Assembly (NCBI GenBank): GCA_035416665.1
Contig: DAOLNQ010000007.1
Coordinates: 17,063 to 81,062 of the forward strand
DNA: 64,000 bases
From: Candidatus Saccharicenans sp.
GTDB lineage: Bacteria > Acidobacteriota > Aminicenantia > Aminicenantales > Saccharicenantaceae
Reading direction: 5' to 3'
Below are positions 48,358 to 59,549 of this stretch, piece after piece (within the stretch, counting starts at the first letter, position 1; the number at the start of each line of letters is the position of its first letter). The notes below the pieces were generated by a model. It did not search any database. It was not told the origin of the DNA and saw nothing but the letters and a program-made list of their open reading frames with translations. The translations under genes were made by a program, and so were the position numbers.

Positions 48358-49062
48358 TCAGGATTCAAAGATAAGTGGCCTGAAATATTTTTCAGTGGCC
48401 TTAAAAACTACCTGGCTGCTCATCAAATTGCGCCAGAGAGATTGAGACAGTTCGTCGGAGACTATAAACAGACCGGCTGTGTCCAGGCCATAGAATTCCG
48501 AAAAAGCCAGAACGGCCGAGATTTCCATATCAACCGCCATTGCCCCTCTTTTCTGCATTTTTTCCACCCAGGAGCGGGTCTCACGATAAGGAGCATCAGT
48601 GGAAACTATGGTGCCTTCGGCATAAGGCAAATCTCTGGCTACAAGATAATCAACCAGTCGCTGGCGCCTGGTGGTTGAAACCCGGAAGAGCCCATCTTCT
48701 CCGGGCAGATAATGGCTGGATGTTCCTTCGTCAGAGAGAGCGCAAAGGGGTAGAAAAGCCTGGCCAATCCTAAGAGATTCAGACAGCGAGCCGCAGTAAC
48801 TGAGGACAATTATCTCCTTCAAATTCCCCAGCCTGATTTTTTCCAGTGTACTAACACTGGCAGAGGCCCCGACCGGGCCGTAGAGGACAGCCTGCTCTTT
48901 GAAATAAAAAAGCTGGGACTGGTGAAGATTGACCTTCTGGCTGGCTTTTTTCCTCAGGTCTGAGGCAAAGGACTTGAAAGGCATAAAAGGGATAAATATT
49001 AGACGACCAGCTGGTATTTCTGGTCCGGAAAAAGAAGGTCTGGCAATAGATTCTTCTCTCAT
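48358..49062 (-). CDS. Nucleoside phosphorylase-family protein (PNP_UDP_1 fold; an MTA/SAH nucleosidase or futalosine-hydrolase-like enzyme is possible).
   Basis: GPVGASASVSTL (GxGxxxAA-like) and AVDMEISAV (MTAN-like ME motif). Confidence 0.55.
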   Translation of the reverse strand: MREESIARPSFSGPEIPAGRLIFIPFMPFKSFASDLRKKASQKVNLHQSQLFYFKEQAVLYGPVGASASVSTLEKIRLGNLKEIIVLSYCGSLSESLRIGQAFLPLCALSDEGTSSHYLPGEDGLFRVSTTRRQRLVDYLVARDLPYAEGTIVSTDAPYRETRSWVEKMQKRGAMAVDMEISAVLAFSEFYGLDTAGLFIVSDELSQSLWRNLMSSQVVFKATEKYFRPLIFES

Positions 49063-49118
49063 GTTCAAAATAAGTTAGCAAATTTAGCTCTGGCTGGCAA
49101 CCCCTCAGGCTGACGTTG

Positions 49119-49147
49119 TTTACAAAATTCCAGTCGTTCCGTAGAAT
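49119..49147 (+). promoter_or_regulatory. Putative promoter TTTACA-17-TAGAAT. The +1 is predicted at the ATG of the ParB-like gene (leaderless).
   Basis: Hexamers with a 17-nt spacer. The -10 ends 6 nt before the ATG at 49154. No SD sequence. Confidence 0.4.
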
Positions 49148-49153
49148 TAAAGC

Positions 49154-50119
49154 ATGGAATTGAGGCCAATTAGTCTGGAGGAAATTAATTTTGATGATAC
49201 CAGGTTCAGGTTTTCCCTCGATAGAGCCGATGAGAAGCTAATCTTTTCAATCCAGCGAGCAGGACTGATTGAACCGGTCATTGTCAAAAGCGCTGGCCGG
49301 GCTTTTATTCTGGTGACTGGTTGGAGGAGGGTAGAGGCTTCCCGGGAAGCTGGTTTAAAAGAGATCCCGGCGCTGGTCATGCCTTCAGGGTGGACAGATC
49401 TCTCTCTTTTCAGCCTGGCTTTTTTTGAAAGTTATCCCAGGAAGGATTTCTCCTTAGCAGAGAAAGCTTTGATCATTAAGAAGTTCATAGAGTTCGGGCT
49501 CAGCCCGGAAGAAGTAATCGAGGAATTTCTTACCCGGTTAGAGTTACCACCGGAAAGGCAGACGATTGATCTTCTCAGACAACTGGCCAGTTTAGACTGG
49601 GCTTTGCCATCTATCCATCGCGGCCGCTGGAAAATCTCGACAGCCAGGCTTTTTTTATCCTTCTTTCCTGAAGAAAGAAGAGCTATTCTTGACCTGGGTG
49701 AGGCCTTGAACCACAACCAGCAGGCTGAGCTGATTGAACTTCTCTTTACTCTTAAGAAAAGGCAGAAGGTGGGGCTGGACACCATTCTGACTGAAGAAGA
49801 GATTAAACCACTGGTTCAGGCAGTCAGAGAAAAACAGCCTCGCGCCGGACTGGAGCTGCTGACCGCCTTGAGGAAGAGGACTTTTCCTCTGGTGACTGAG
49901 ATTAACCGGCAGATGCAAGCTGCTTTAAGGCAAATTAACCTGCCAGGGAATAGTCGTCTCGACTACGATCATTCACTCGAAAAGAGCTCTCTCACTATCA
50001 GTTTTGAAGCCAGAACAAGGGAGGAAATGGAAGTTGTGGTTGAACAGCTAAAGCAGAAGGTAAAGGAAGGCGAGTTAGATGTTTTATTTGGACTTTTAAA
50101 CAAAAAGATTGGTAAGTAG
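49154..50119 (+). CDS. ParB/Sulfiredoxin N-terminal-domain protein (ParB-like nuclease/CTPase fold) with a helical C-terminal region of unknown function.
   Basis: ParB-N signature ...IQRAGLIEPVIV...ILVTGWRRVEASREAG (GxRR motif). Confidence 0.65.
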   Translation: MELRPISLEEINFDDTRFRFSLDRADEKLIFSIQRAGLIEPVIVKSAGRAFILVTGWRRVEASREAGLKEIPALVMPSGWTDLSLFSLAFFESYPRKDFSLAEKALIIKKFIEFGLSPEEVIEEFLTRLELPPERQTIDLLRQLASLDWALPSIHRGRWKISTARLFLSFFPEERRAILDLGEALNHNQQAELIELLFTLKKRQKVGLDTILTEEEIKPLVQAVREKQPRAGLELLTALRKRTFPLVTEINRQMQAALRQINLPGNSRLDYDHSLEKSSLTISFEARTREEMEVVVEQLKQKVKEGELDVLFGLLNKKIGK

Positions 50120-50127
50120 CTAATTGT

Positions 50128-51216
50128 ATGCAGCAGAATAATTGGATAAAAAAGATCTACGTCAACAGGCAGGTTGAAAATTCTCCGCTGGTGGAAAGAA
50201 TAATAAGCCGGCTAAAACCAACTCCTGTTCAGCTGGTTGACCGGTTGGAGGAAATTCAGGCGGAGCTACGTCTGGCCACTGACCCCATCGCCGAGAGCAA
50301 AAGAGTTTTGTTTTTAACCGGTGAGAAGGCTTTTATTCGTCCCTGTCCCTGCAGTCCGGGGGCTGTTCCCTGTGGCTACTGGACTGTTGACCTTAATCTT
50401 AACTGTCCGTTTGATTGTAGCTATTGCATTCTTCAGGTCTATTTTAACCTGCAACCTCTAACCATAGCTGTCAACCAGGGAGATCTGGAGAGCGAACTGG
50501 ATGCTTTTCTGGCTGACACCAGAAATAATTTGCTTAGAATTGGTACAGGTGAACTGGGAGATTCCCTGGCTCTGGAGGCAATATCCGGCCAGGCTTCTTT
50601 CCTGATAGATTTATTTCGAAATAAAAAGGGAGTCTGGCTTGAGCTCAAGACAAAGACGGCGGCTATTAATTCTCTGCTGACCTCTCCGGCCTCAGAAAAC
50701 GTAATTTTTGCCTGGTCGCTTAATACAGAGAGAATAATCAAGATGGAGGAAATTGGCTCGGCCAGTCTGGCGGAAAGACTCAGGTCAGCTGAAAAAGCAG
50801 TTGAACGCGGTTTTAAGGTGGCCTTTCACTTTGACCCGATAATTTATTATTCAGGCTGGGAAAAAGAATATGGCGAAGTCTGTGAAGCTTTATTAAAAAA
50901 GATACCGCTGGCGGCCATAGCCTGGGTCAGCCTGGGAACTCTACGTTTTCCGGGAAAACTAAGGGAAATAGCCAGGCATAGATTTCCCCGTAGTTCGATC
51001 TATGAAGAAGAAATGGTTAGATCGTGGGATGGGAAATTCAGATACCCGCGGCCTTTAAGGATGAAAATATATCAAACGCTGACAGATATATTTAAAGCTC
51101 ATGATGCTGGCGATAAGCTTTATCTTTGTATGGAATCACCTGAGGTCTGGCAGAATTTTTCCAAACAAAATAAAAAGGGGAAGCAACTCGCTTCCCCTTT
51201 TTTCTGGCATAAATAA
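50128..51216 (+). CDS. Radical SAM protein of the spore-photoproduct-lyase (SplB/COG1533) family.
   Basis: CPFDCSYCILQ CxxxCxxC motif in an SPL-like context. About 360 aa. Follows the ParB-like gene by 8 nt. Confidence 0.65.
   Translation: MQQNNWIKKIYVNRQVENSPLVERIISRLKPTPVQLVDRLEEIQAELRLATDPIAESKRVLFLTGEKAFIRPCPCSPGAVPCGYWTVDLNLNCPFDCSYCILQVYFNLQPLTIAVNQGDLESELDAFLADTRNNLLRIGTGELGDSLALEAISGQASFLIDLFRNKKGVWLELKTKTAAINSLLTSPASENVIFAWSLNTERIIKMEEIGSASLAERLRSAEKAVERGFKVAFHFDPIIYYSGWEKEYGEVCEALLKKIPLAAIAWVSLGTLRFPGKLREIARHRFPRSSIYEEEMVRSWDGKFRYPRPLRMKIYQTLTDIFKAHDAGDKLYLCMESPEVWQNFSKQNKKGKQLASPFFWHK
51177..51203. terminator. Bidirectional intrinsic terminator. An 8-bp GC stem (GGGGAAGC/GCTTCCCC) is flanked by TTTTTT on the plus strand and TTTTT on the minus strand.
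   Basis: Sits inside the last codons of the 50128-51216 gene and 38 nt downstream of the convergent exbD stop. Confidence 0.5.
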
Positions 51217-51234
51217 AAAGGTTCAAATCAAAAA

Positions 51235-51660
51235 TCAAGATTCCTCAGTCGCTTTCTTCTCTGTGATAATGCCAACCAACTCGACGCCAGCCTGCTGGAT
51301 GCCGTAAATAATATCAACTATCTTGCCAAATTCCAGATTCTGGTCGGCTCTTAAATAGACCTTCTTCTCTGTAGCAGAAATGAGGGCCTCCTCCAGAGCT
51401 GCTGGCAAAGCTTCCATGGTGATCCGCTGTTCCTTAAGAAAAAGACTGCCATCGGCCTTAACGGATAAAACCACTTCCGGGTTGTCAGGCATGTTAGAGC
51501 TGTTAAGGGCGGTTGGCAACTGGACATCAACGCCTTTTTGGACCAGCGGGGTAACGACCATGAAAATGATCAGCAAAACCAGAAGAACGTCACAGAGAGG
51601 AACGACATTAGGTTCAGATTTTACAGTTTCTTTTTCGTCCCTTGATACTGAAAAAGCCAT
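51235..51660 (-). CDS. exbD: Biopolymer transport protein ExbD/TolR.
   Basis: N-terminal single TM (PLCDVLLVLLIIFMV). ExbD family. Confidence 0.9.
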   Translation of the reverse strand: MAFSVSRDEKETVKSEPNVVPLCDVLLVLLIIFMVVTPLVQKGVDVQLPTALNSSNMPDNPEVVLSVKADGSLFLKEQRITMEALPAALEEALISATEKKVYLRADQNLEFGKIVDIIYGIQQAGVELVGIITEKKATEES

Positions 51661-51697
51661 TGTGTTTCTCTCTTTTTAAAAAAAATTTCAAAAAACG

Positions 51698-52375
51698 TTA
51701 TTTAGATTCGCCCATTCGCACAAAATAATCAGTCAACTGAGAGGCCGTGTTTTCCATCTCAGTGTTGTAGACTTCGATTCTGGTGTTCAGCGTATTAAAT
51801 GTCCACAGAGCAATAACAGCCACAGCGATACCAAAAGCGGTAGTGACCAGGGCTTCAGCGATACCAGACGCCACAGCTCCGATTCCGCCAGAACCAGTCA
51901 GAGCCATACCGCGGAATGCATTGATAATACCAAAAATGGTTCCAAAGAGACCAATGAAGGGGGAAGAGGTGGCAATGGTGGCCATGACACTCAATCCTTT
52001 TCTCAGCTCTTGAGTGAAAAGAGACTGAGCCCGTTCACAACCTCTCTGGGCGGCTTCTAACTGCTCTTCCACAGTCAGGTTAGCTGACTTGCCTTCCAGG
52101 TATTCTTCAATGCCGGCGGCGGTAACTCTGGCCAGATGGCTACCTCTGAATTCCTTCTTGGAAGCGAGAGCCAGAGCTTCTTTCAGCTGTCCATTTTTCA
52201 ACAGTTCAGCCAGTTTCGGGGCCACTTCCATTGATTTTTTTCTGGCCCGTGAAAAGGCAAGCTGTCTTTCAATAAACAGATAAATAGTGATAACAGAAAG
52301 AGTGATCAGAATTATGGCAACTGTTTTAGCCACAGCGCCCATCGACTGCCACATTTCAATCAAACCGAATTGCAT
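51698..52375 (-). CDS. exbB: MotA/TolQ/ExbB proton-channel protein.
   Basis: Three TMs. Conserved GLFGTIFGIINAF region. Confidence 0.9.
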   Translation of the reverse strand: MQFGLIEMWQSMGAVAKTVAIILITLSVITIYLFIERQLAFSRARKKSMEVAPKLAELLKNGQLKEALALASKKEFRGSHLARVTAAGIEEYLEGKSANLTVEEQLEAAQRGCERAQSLFTQELRKGLSVMATIATSSPFIGLFGTIFGIINAFRGMALTGSGGIGAVASGIAEALVTTAFGIAVAVIALWTFNTLNTRIEVYNTEMENTASQLTDYFVRMGESK

Positions 52376-52420
52376 GTTGAAAACCTCCTTTTAAATATCG
52401 AAAGCCATTATAAGCTTTTC

Positions 52421-53200
52421 TTACTTTAGTTTGAACTGAACAGTAACCGTAAAGATAACGCCCCGTGGACGGCCATTGATTATCATCGGTTCATAAACCC
52501 ACTGTTTGACGGCATCAATAGCTGCTTGATCGAGCAAGGGGACAGATCTCAAAACTTTAACCTGCTGGACTCGACCATAGATATCAGTGGTCGCTTCCAG
52601 AATAACTGTACCTTCTACTCTGGCCTGGCGGGCGATTTCGGGATAAACGGGCTCAACCCTGTGTATTAACTTCGGCTGTTTAATTTCGCCAATAGCTCTT
52701 ACCGGTTCCTCTTGCTGAATCTCGCTGCCAATAACTCCGCCCAGGACTCCACCGACAACTCCACCCAGGACTCCGCCAACGACTCCACCTTCAACTCCAC
52801 CTTCAACTCCGCCTTCAACTCCAAAATCAGAAATTGCTTCTTGAGCAATCTGATCAGGTATTTCAACTGGAGCGACTAATCTACCAGGCTCAACAGAAGT
52901 CGTAGCCTGGACAGCTTTAATGGTTCTCGTGGATGTACTCTTTTTCTTGGCTGGTGGTGGTGGCGGTGGCGGCGGTGGCGGGGGGGGAGCCAGGAAGGCG
53001 CTATAGACCTCTACTTTTGGTAGATCATCTACAGACAGCAGAGGAATAACAATAATAGCGGCAATAAAAACAGCGTGGAGGATAATAGCAATGGGTAAAG
53101 CCAGCGCTTTTCTTTTAATCCCCGACTCGGCCTGGAAGAAGGAATCCTTGAAGAGTTCAGGTAACTCTTCTCCTTGTTTAGGCCTTTTTGCTTCTGGCAT
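52421..53200 (-). CDS. tonB: Energy transducer TonB (canonical: TM with His, poly-Pro spacer, Gly-rich repeats and a TonB_C domain).
   Basis: TM ...IAIILHAVFIAAII. P14 tract. C-terminal IHRVEPVYPEIARQARVEGTV...VKQWVYEP. ATG at 53200 (GAGG RBS). The track's 53212 start is GTG. Confidence 0.85.
   Translation of the reverse strand: MPEAKRPKQGEELPELFKDSFFQAESGIKRKALALPIAIILHAVFIAAIIVIPLLSVDDLPKVEVYSAFLAPPPPPPPPPPPPAKKKSTSTRTIKAVQATTSVEPGRLVAPVEIPDQIAQEAISDFGVEGGVEGGVEGGVVGGVLGGVVGGVLGGVIGSEIQQEEPVRAIGEIKQPKLIHRVEPVYPEIARQARVEGTVILEATTDIYGRVQQVKVLRSVPLLDQAAIDAVKQWVYEPMIINGRPRGVIFTVTVQFKLK
52731..52822 (-). repeat. In-frame tandem 15-nt repeat inside tonB encoding (GGVEG)3-(GGVxG)n.
   Basis: Repeating ...ccaccttcaactcc... 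units on the plus strand. Translates to GGVEGGVEGGVEGGVVGGVLGGVVGGVLGGVIG. Confidence 0.7.
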
Positions 53201-53277
53201 GTTAAACCTCACGCTCTTAATTTAGATTAGACTAAATTATAAGTTAAAAAAATCTATTTTACAAGTCAAATATTTAA

Positions 53278-54447
53278 CTATTTTCTAACTTTTTTCTGTT
53301 TTTTAAATAGCCGATTCCAGAAGATAACAACGGGACAGGCCATAAAAATTGTGGAGTAAACACCTTCAATAGTGCCAACCAGCATGATGAAGGCAAAATC
53401 GTTAATGACTTTACCGCCGAAGAGAAAGAGTGACAGGACAGCAATAAAAACAGTTCCGGAAGTAATTATAGTTCTGGTCAGGTTGATATTAAGAGAGAGA
53501 TTCATAATTTTTTCCAGCGGCTCCCGTCGCATGGTCCTTCTCAGTTCGCGAATTCTATCAAAGATAACAATGGTATCATTAATAGAATAACCTACAATTG
53601 TCAGGAAGGCGGCGATAATCGGCAGATTAATTTCCCGGTTTGTAAAAGAATAGATGCTAAGGCAGATCAAAACGTCCTGGGTCAGAGTTAATATAGCGGC
53701 TGCTCCAAACTCAATTCCTTTAAATCGGAAAGCGATGTAAACGAGCATGGCAATTAGAGACCAGATAACTGCCTGAGTCGCTTTTTTCCTCAACTCTTTT
53801 CCAGCCTGAGGGCCAACCGTCTCCTTACTCAAAACAGTCATCTGCCCCAGAAAGGTTCTGGCCTGAAGCTTATTGAGCACCTCATCGGGCAGGGAAACTG
53901 GCTCTTTTTTAAGTTCGCTCCAGTCGACGATAATACCGTGCTCGTTCCGATAGGTCATAATACGACTGGCCAGCTCTTCTCCCTGTTCAGGTGATATTTC
54001 CAGAAGCAGCGCGGTTAGCGAACGACTATCAATATTATTCAAGTCAATCAGCCCCTGAGCCAGACGCTGCTGGTCTTCTTTGCTCTGCAAGGCGGAAATG
54101 ACTCTATTGGCCAGGATTTGGTGACTTTCCAGTTCCTCACTCGTCTGCCTGGTTGATCTGGCTTCCACTGTTCTGATCTGAAATTCCCGGCCACTTTTTC
54201 CGGATTCCTGGATAACACTATCACCCAGGCCGACATCACCTAGCAGTTGCCTGATGTTTGAAACGGAAACTGGTTCTTTGAACATAACCCGAATGAGCGT
54301 TCCTTCGCCAAAGTCAACGCCCATCTTCAGCCCATGGCCGAGGGTTATGTTCAGGATGCCGGCCAGAATGATGGCAATGGTCAAAGCCAGAGCAAACCAT
54401 TTGAATTTGAGAAAATCAATATTGGGTGTTTTTTTGAAAATTTCCAT
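53278..54447 (-). CDS. secF: Protein translocase subunit SecF.
   Basis: SecF family, 6 TMs. Follows secD. Confidence 0.9.
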   Translation of the reverse strand: MEIFKKTPNIDFLKFKWFALALTIAIILAGILNITLGHGLKMGVDFGEGTLIRVMFKEPVSVSNIRQLLGDVGLGDSVIQESGKSGREFQIRTVEARSTRQTSEELESHQILANRVISALQSKEDQQRLAQGLIDLNNIDSRSLTALLLEISPEQGEELASRIMTYRNEHGIIVDWSELKKEPVSLPDEVLNKLQARTFLGQMTVLSKETVGPQAGKELRKKATQAVIWSLIAMLVYIAFRFKGIEFGAAAILTLTQDVLICLSIYSFTNREINLPIIAAFLTIVGYSINDTIVIFDRIRELRRTMRREPLEKIMNLSLNINLTRTIITSGTVFIAVLSLFLFGGKVINDFAFIMLVGTIEGVYSTIFMACPVVIFWNRLFKKQKKVRK

Positions 54448-54448
54448 G

Positions 54449-55984
54449 TTAGATACTCAACTTCTTAGCATTAGTTGGGACGGTTAAATCAAAGATCAGG
54501 CGCGAAACGAAGACTGCCGTAAACAGGTTGGCAACCAGGCCGCAGATTAAAGTCACTGCATAACCCTTGATTGGTCCGGTGCCAAACTGAAAAAGGAAAA
54601 CACCTGAAAGAATCGTGGTCAGGTTCGAATCGAAAATAGCCGAAAAGGCCCGACTGAAACCAGTGTTAATAGCACTGCCAGCATTCTTTCCCAGGGCCAT
54701 TTCCTCCTTTATTCTTTCAAAGATAAGGATATTGGCGTCAACAGCCATGCCAATGCTCAGGATAATACCAGCAATACCTGGCAGGGTCAGAGTGGCTTTA
54801 AAATAACTGAGTGCGCCAAAAGTCAGAAGGGTGTTGAGAAGCAGGGCTGCTACCGCATTCAGTCCGGTCAGTCTATAGTAGAAAACCATAAAAACCATAA
54901 CTCCGAAAATAGCCACCAGACCACTCATCAGGCCCTGGCGGATGGAATCCGTTCCGAGTGAGGGGCCGATTGTTCTTTCCTCGAGATATTTAATTCCAGC
55001 AGGTAGAGCTCCGGCTTTTAAAATAACCACCAGGTCGTCAGCCTCCTCAGGAGTAAATCTTCCCTGGATAATGCCAGAGTCAGAAATGCGGGAATTAATG
55101 ACCGGTGCCGACTGCAGCTTTCCATCGAGAATAATTGCCAGCTGTTTACCAATATTTTGCCCGGTGACCTGCTCAAAACGCCTGGCTCCATCCGGAGTCA
55201 GGGTAAAACTCACTGCAGGATTATTCCATTCATCAGTTCCTCGCCGGACACTTCTTAAATCTTTGCCGGTGATCGAGGCTACCTTGCTGACTAAATAATA
55301 GCCTTGCAGGCCTCTTCTAGGATCTCCTCTAACTATTTCCGCATCATCCGGTACTTTGCCTCCAAACTCCTGCAGCAGGGTTTGCTCATCAGGAGCTGGT
55401 CCGGCCTTGACCAGCTTAAATTCGAGGACAGCGGTCACTTTAATTAAATTTTTGACTCTCTCCGGATCATCTATGCCGGGCAGCTCAACCACAATACGAT
55501 CACTACCCTGTCGCTGGATAACCGGTTCAGCCACACCGAACTGGTCAACTCTATTTCTGATTGTTTCGAGTGTTTGCAGTACCGCCTGTTCCCGGAGGTA
55601 CTGCTCGGCGGTCTGCTTTAGTTTAAAATTGACCCTGTCGCCGGTAAAGGTGTAATCCCAATCTCTGGTGTACTGATCTATCAGGTCCCTGATTTTTGCT
55701 TCCTGGTCAGCACTGGTGCCCTCAAAATAGAATTGCCCGGGTTTTTCTTTGGTGGCCCGGGTAAAAGTAATGTTATTCTTCTTAAAAACCTCTTCAAAGC
55801 GGGCTATTTGCTGATCAGTTTCAACATTGATAGCATCATCAGTTATAACCTGCATCAGCAGGTGAGTCCCGCCTTTGAGGTCAAGTCCAAGCTTAATTTT
55901 TTCCTTGGGCGGATAAATCAAAAAGATACAGAGAGCAATAATGGCCAGGGTTAATCCTATTTTCCACTTGACATTCTTTTTCAT
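54449..55984 (-). CDS. secD: Protein translocase subunit SecD.
   Basis: SecD family with a large periplasmic domain. Confidence 0.9.
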   Translation of the reverse strand: MKKNVKWKIGLTLAIIALCIFLIYPPKEKIKLGLDLKGGTHLLMQVITDDAINVETDQQIARFEEVFKKNNITFTRATKEKPGQFYFEGTSADQEAKIRDLIDQYTRDWDYTFTGDRVNFKLKQTAEQYLREQAVLQTLETIRNRVDQFGVAEPVIQRQGSDRIVVELPGIDDPERVKNLIKVTAVLEFKLVKAGPAPDEQTLLQEFGGKVPDDAEIVRGDPRRGLQGYYLVSKVASITGKDLRSVRRGTDEWNNPAVSFTLTPDGARRFEQVTGQNIGKQLAIILDGKLQSAPVINSRISDSGIIQGRFTPEEADDLVVILKAGALPAGIKYLEERTIGPSLGTDSIRQGLMSGLVAIFGVMVFMVFYYRLTGLNAVAALLLNTLLTFGALSYFKATLTLPGIAGIILSIGMAVDANILIFERIKEEMALGKNAGSAINTGFSRAFSAIFDSNLTTILSGVFLFQFGTGPIKGYAVTLICGLVANLFTAVFVSRLIFDLTVPTNAKKLSI

Positions 55985-56033
55985 GTGAACTAACTCTTTC
56001 TTTCTTTGATAGATTAAGCCTACCTAAAGTTAT

Positions 56034-56378
56034 TTAACTTTCTTTGCTTTCAACCTTTTCCTTTTCAGAGAGAACAATTCCCACTGCGCTTTTCAGTATA
56101 TCAACCTTAACATTGGAAGCAATTTTCAGCTCAATCCGGTCAGGATGGACATCCATCACCGTACCGAAGATACCGCCGCTCGTAATTATGCGGTCACCAG
56201 GGCGCAAGTTGTCGACCATCTTTTGATGCTGCTTCTGTTTTTTTCGCTGGGGGAGGATGATCAAAAGATAAAAGATAACAAAAACAAGAATCAAAGGCAG
56301 AAGTGTCAGAAGGGCATTACCCTGAGCTGGTGCAGCTGCCTGTTGCTCAGAAACGCTAAACATAGTTAATAAGCTCAT
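56034..56378 (-). CDS. yajC: Preprotein translocase subunit YajC.
   Basis: Single TM. GDRIITSGGIFGTVMDV motif. Confidence 0.85.
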   Translation of the reverse strand: MSLLTMFSVSEQQAAAPAQGNALLTLLPLILVFVIFYLLIILPQRKKQKQHQKMVDNLRPGDRIITSGGIFGTVMDVHPDRIELKIASNVKVDILKSAVGIVLSEKEKVESKES

Positions 56379-56387
56379 CTTTTCTCC

Positions 56388-58579
<2,192 letters not shown>

Positions 58580-58660
58580 GATTTAAGTAAATTCCTAATC
58601 AGCCTGTCTGTCAAGGTTTTAAAGCCAGAGCTCCCCGCTCCGACTAAATTCTTGTTGAAT

Positions 58661-58689
58661 TTGAAAGGCGATTTTTTTTAGAGTATATT
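58661..58689 (+). promoter_or_regulatory. Putative promoter TTGAAA-17-TATATT upstream of lepB.
   Basis: Hexamers with a 17-nt spacer, about 27 nt upstream of the ATG, with AAGGA RBS. Confidence 0.4.
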
Positions 58690-58715
58690 AAATAAACTAA
58701 AAAGGATAGAAATAA

Positions 58716-59471
58716 ATGACGGCAAACGAGAAAAAGAAGAAAATCGAAGACGAAGATCAGCTGCCGGACGGGCAGTCAGGCAAGAAAAAAAGGGAAAAAA
58801 GCCTTTTCCGTGAATACTTTGAACTGATTGCTGAAACAGCTATCTTTGTCTTTTTTGTCATGACTTATGTTGTTCAGGCCTTTCAGATTCCCAGTGGTTC
58901 GATGGAGCCGACTCTGCTGGTCGGAGATTTTTTACTGGTCAATAAGTTCATCTATGCCCGGCCGATAGATTCATTTGAGGCGGCGGTCATGCCGAGCCGC
59001 GAGCTTAAAAGAAAGGATATTATCGTCTTTAAATATCCTAGAGATTTAAGCAAGGACTTTGTCAAAAGAGTGATTGCCCTGGAGGGAGAAAAAATAGAAA
59101 TCAAAAACAAGCAGGTTTTTATTAATGATAGGCCGATTGATGAACCCTACAAGGTCCATAATGATTCGCAGATTTTTGAAAAGGGCAATTACTATCAATA
59201 TGATGATGTCATAAGAGATAATTATGGGCCGGTTGTTGTTCCCCCGGGCCACCTTTTTGCCATGGGGGATAATCGGGATAACAGTCTTGACAGCCGTTAC
59301 TGGAGTTTTGTGCCTCTGTCTTATGTTAAAGGTCGGCCCTGGGTTATCTATTTCTCCTATCAAGCTGAAAAAGACGCTTACCTGAAAAATGGAGTGCGGG
59401 ATCGGTTTAAAAAATTCTTCCGTTTTATCTTTAAGACTCGCTGGAATAGAATATTAAGGGTAGTTTCCTGA
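58716..59471 (+). CDS. lepB: Signal peptidase I.
   Basis: SGSMEPTL (Ser nucleophile) and GDNRDNSLDSRYW boxes. Confidence 0.9.
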   Translation: MTANEKKKKIEDEDQLPDGQSGKKKREKSLFREYFELIAETAIFVFFVMTYVVQAFQIPSGSMEPTLLVGDFLLVNKFIYARPIDSFEAAVMPSRELKRKDIIVFKYPRDLSKDFVKRVIALEGEKIEIKNKQVFINDRPIDEPYKVHNDSQIFEKGNYYQYDDVIRDNYGPVVVPPGHLFAMGDNRDNSLDSRYWSFVPLSYVKGRPWVIYFSYQAEKDAYLKNGVRDRFKKFFRFIFKTRWNRILRVVS

Positions 59472-59549
59472 TTGTCCCGGCCAGAGCAGAGCTTTGATTG
59501 ACTGACCGGTCCAGTTAAAATAAGATGAGGGGAGCGGGGTCTCACCCTA

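Noticed and set aside
52731-52990. Tandem repeats and poly-G tract considered as a possible CRISPR or mini-satellite.
   Set aside because: The repeats are 15 nt, contiguous and in-frame within tonB, with no spacers and no cas genes. They are coding low-complexity sequence, not CRISPR.
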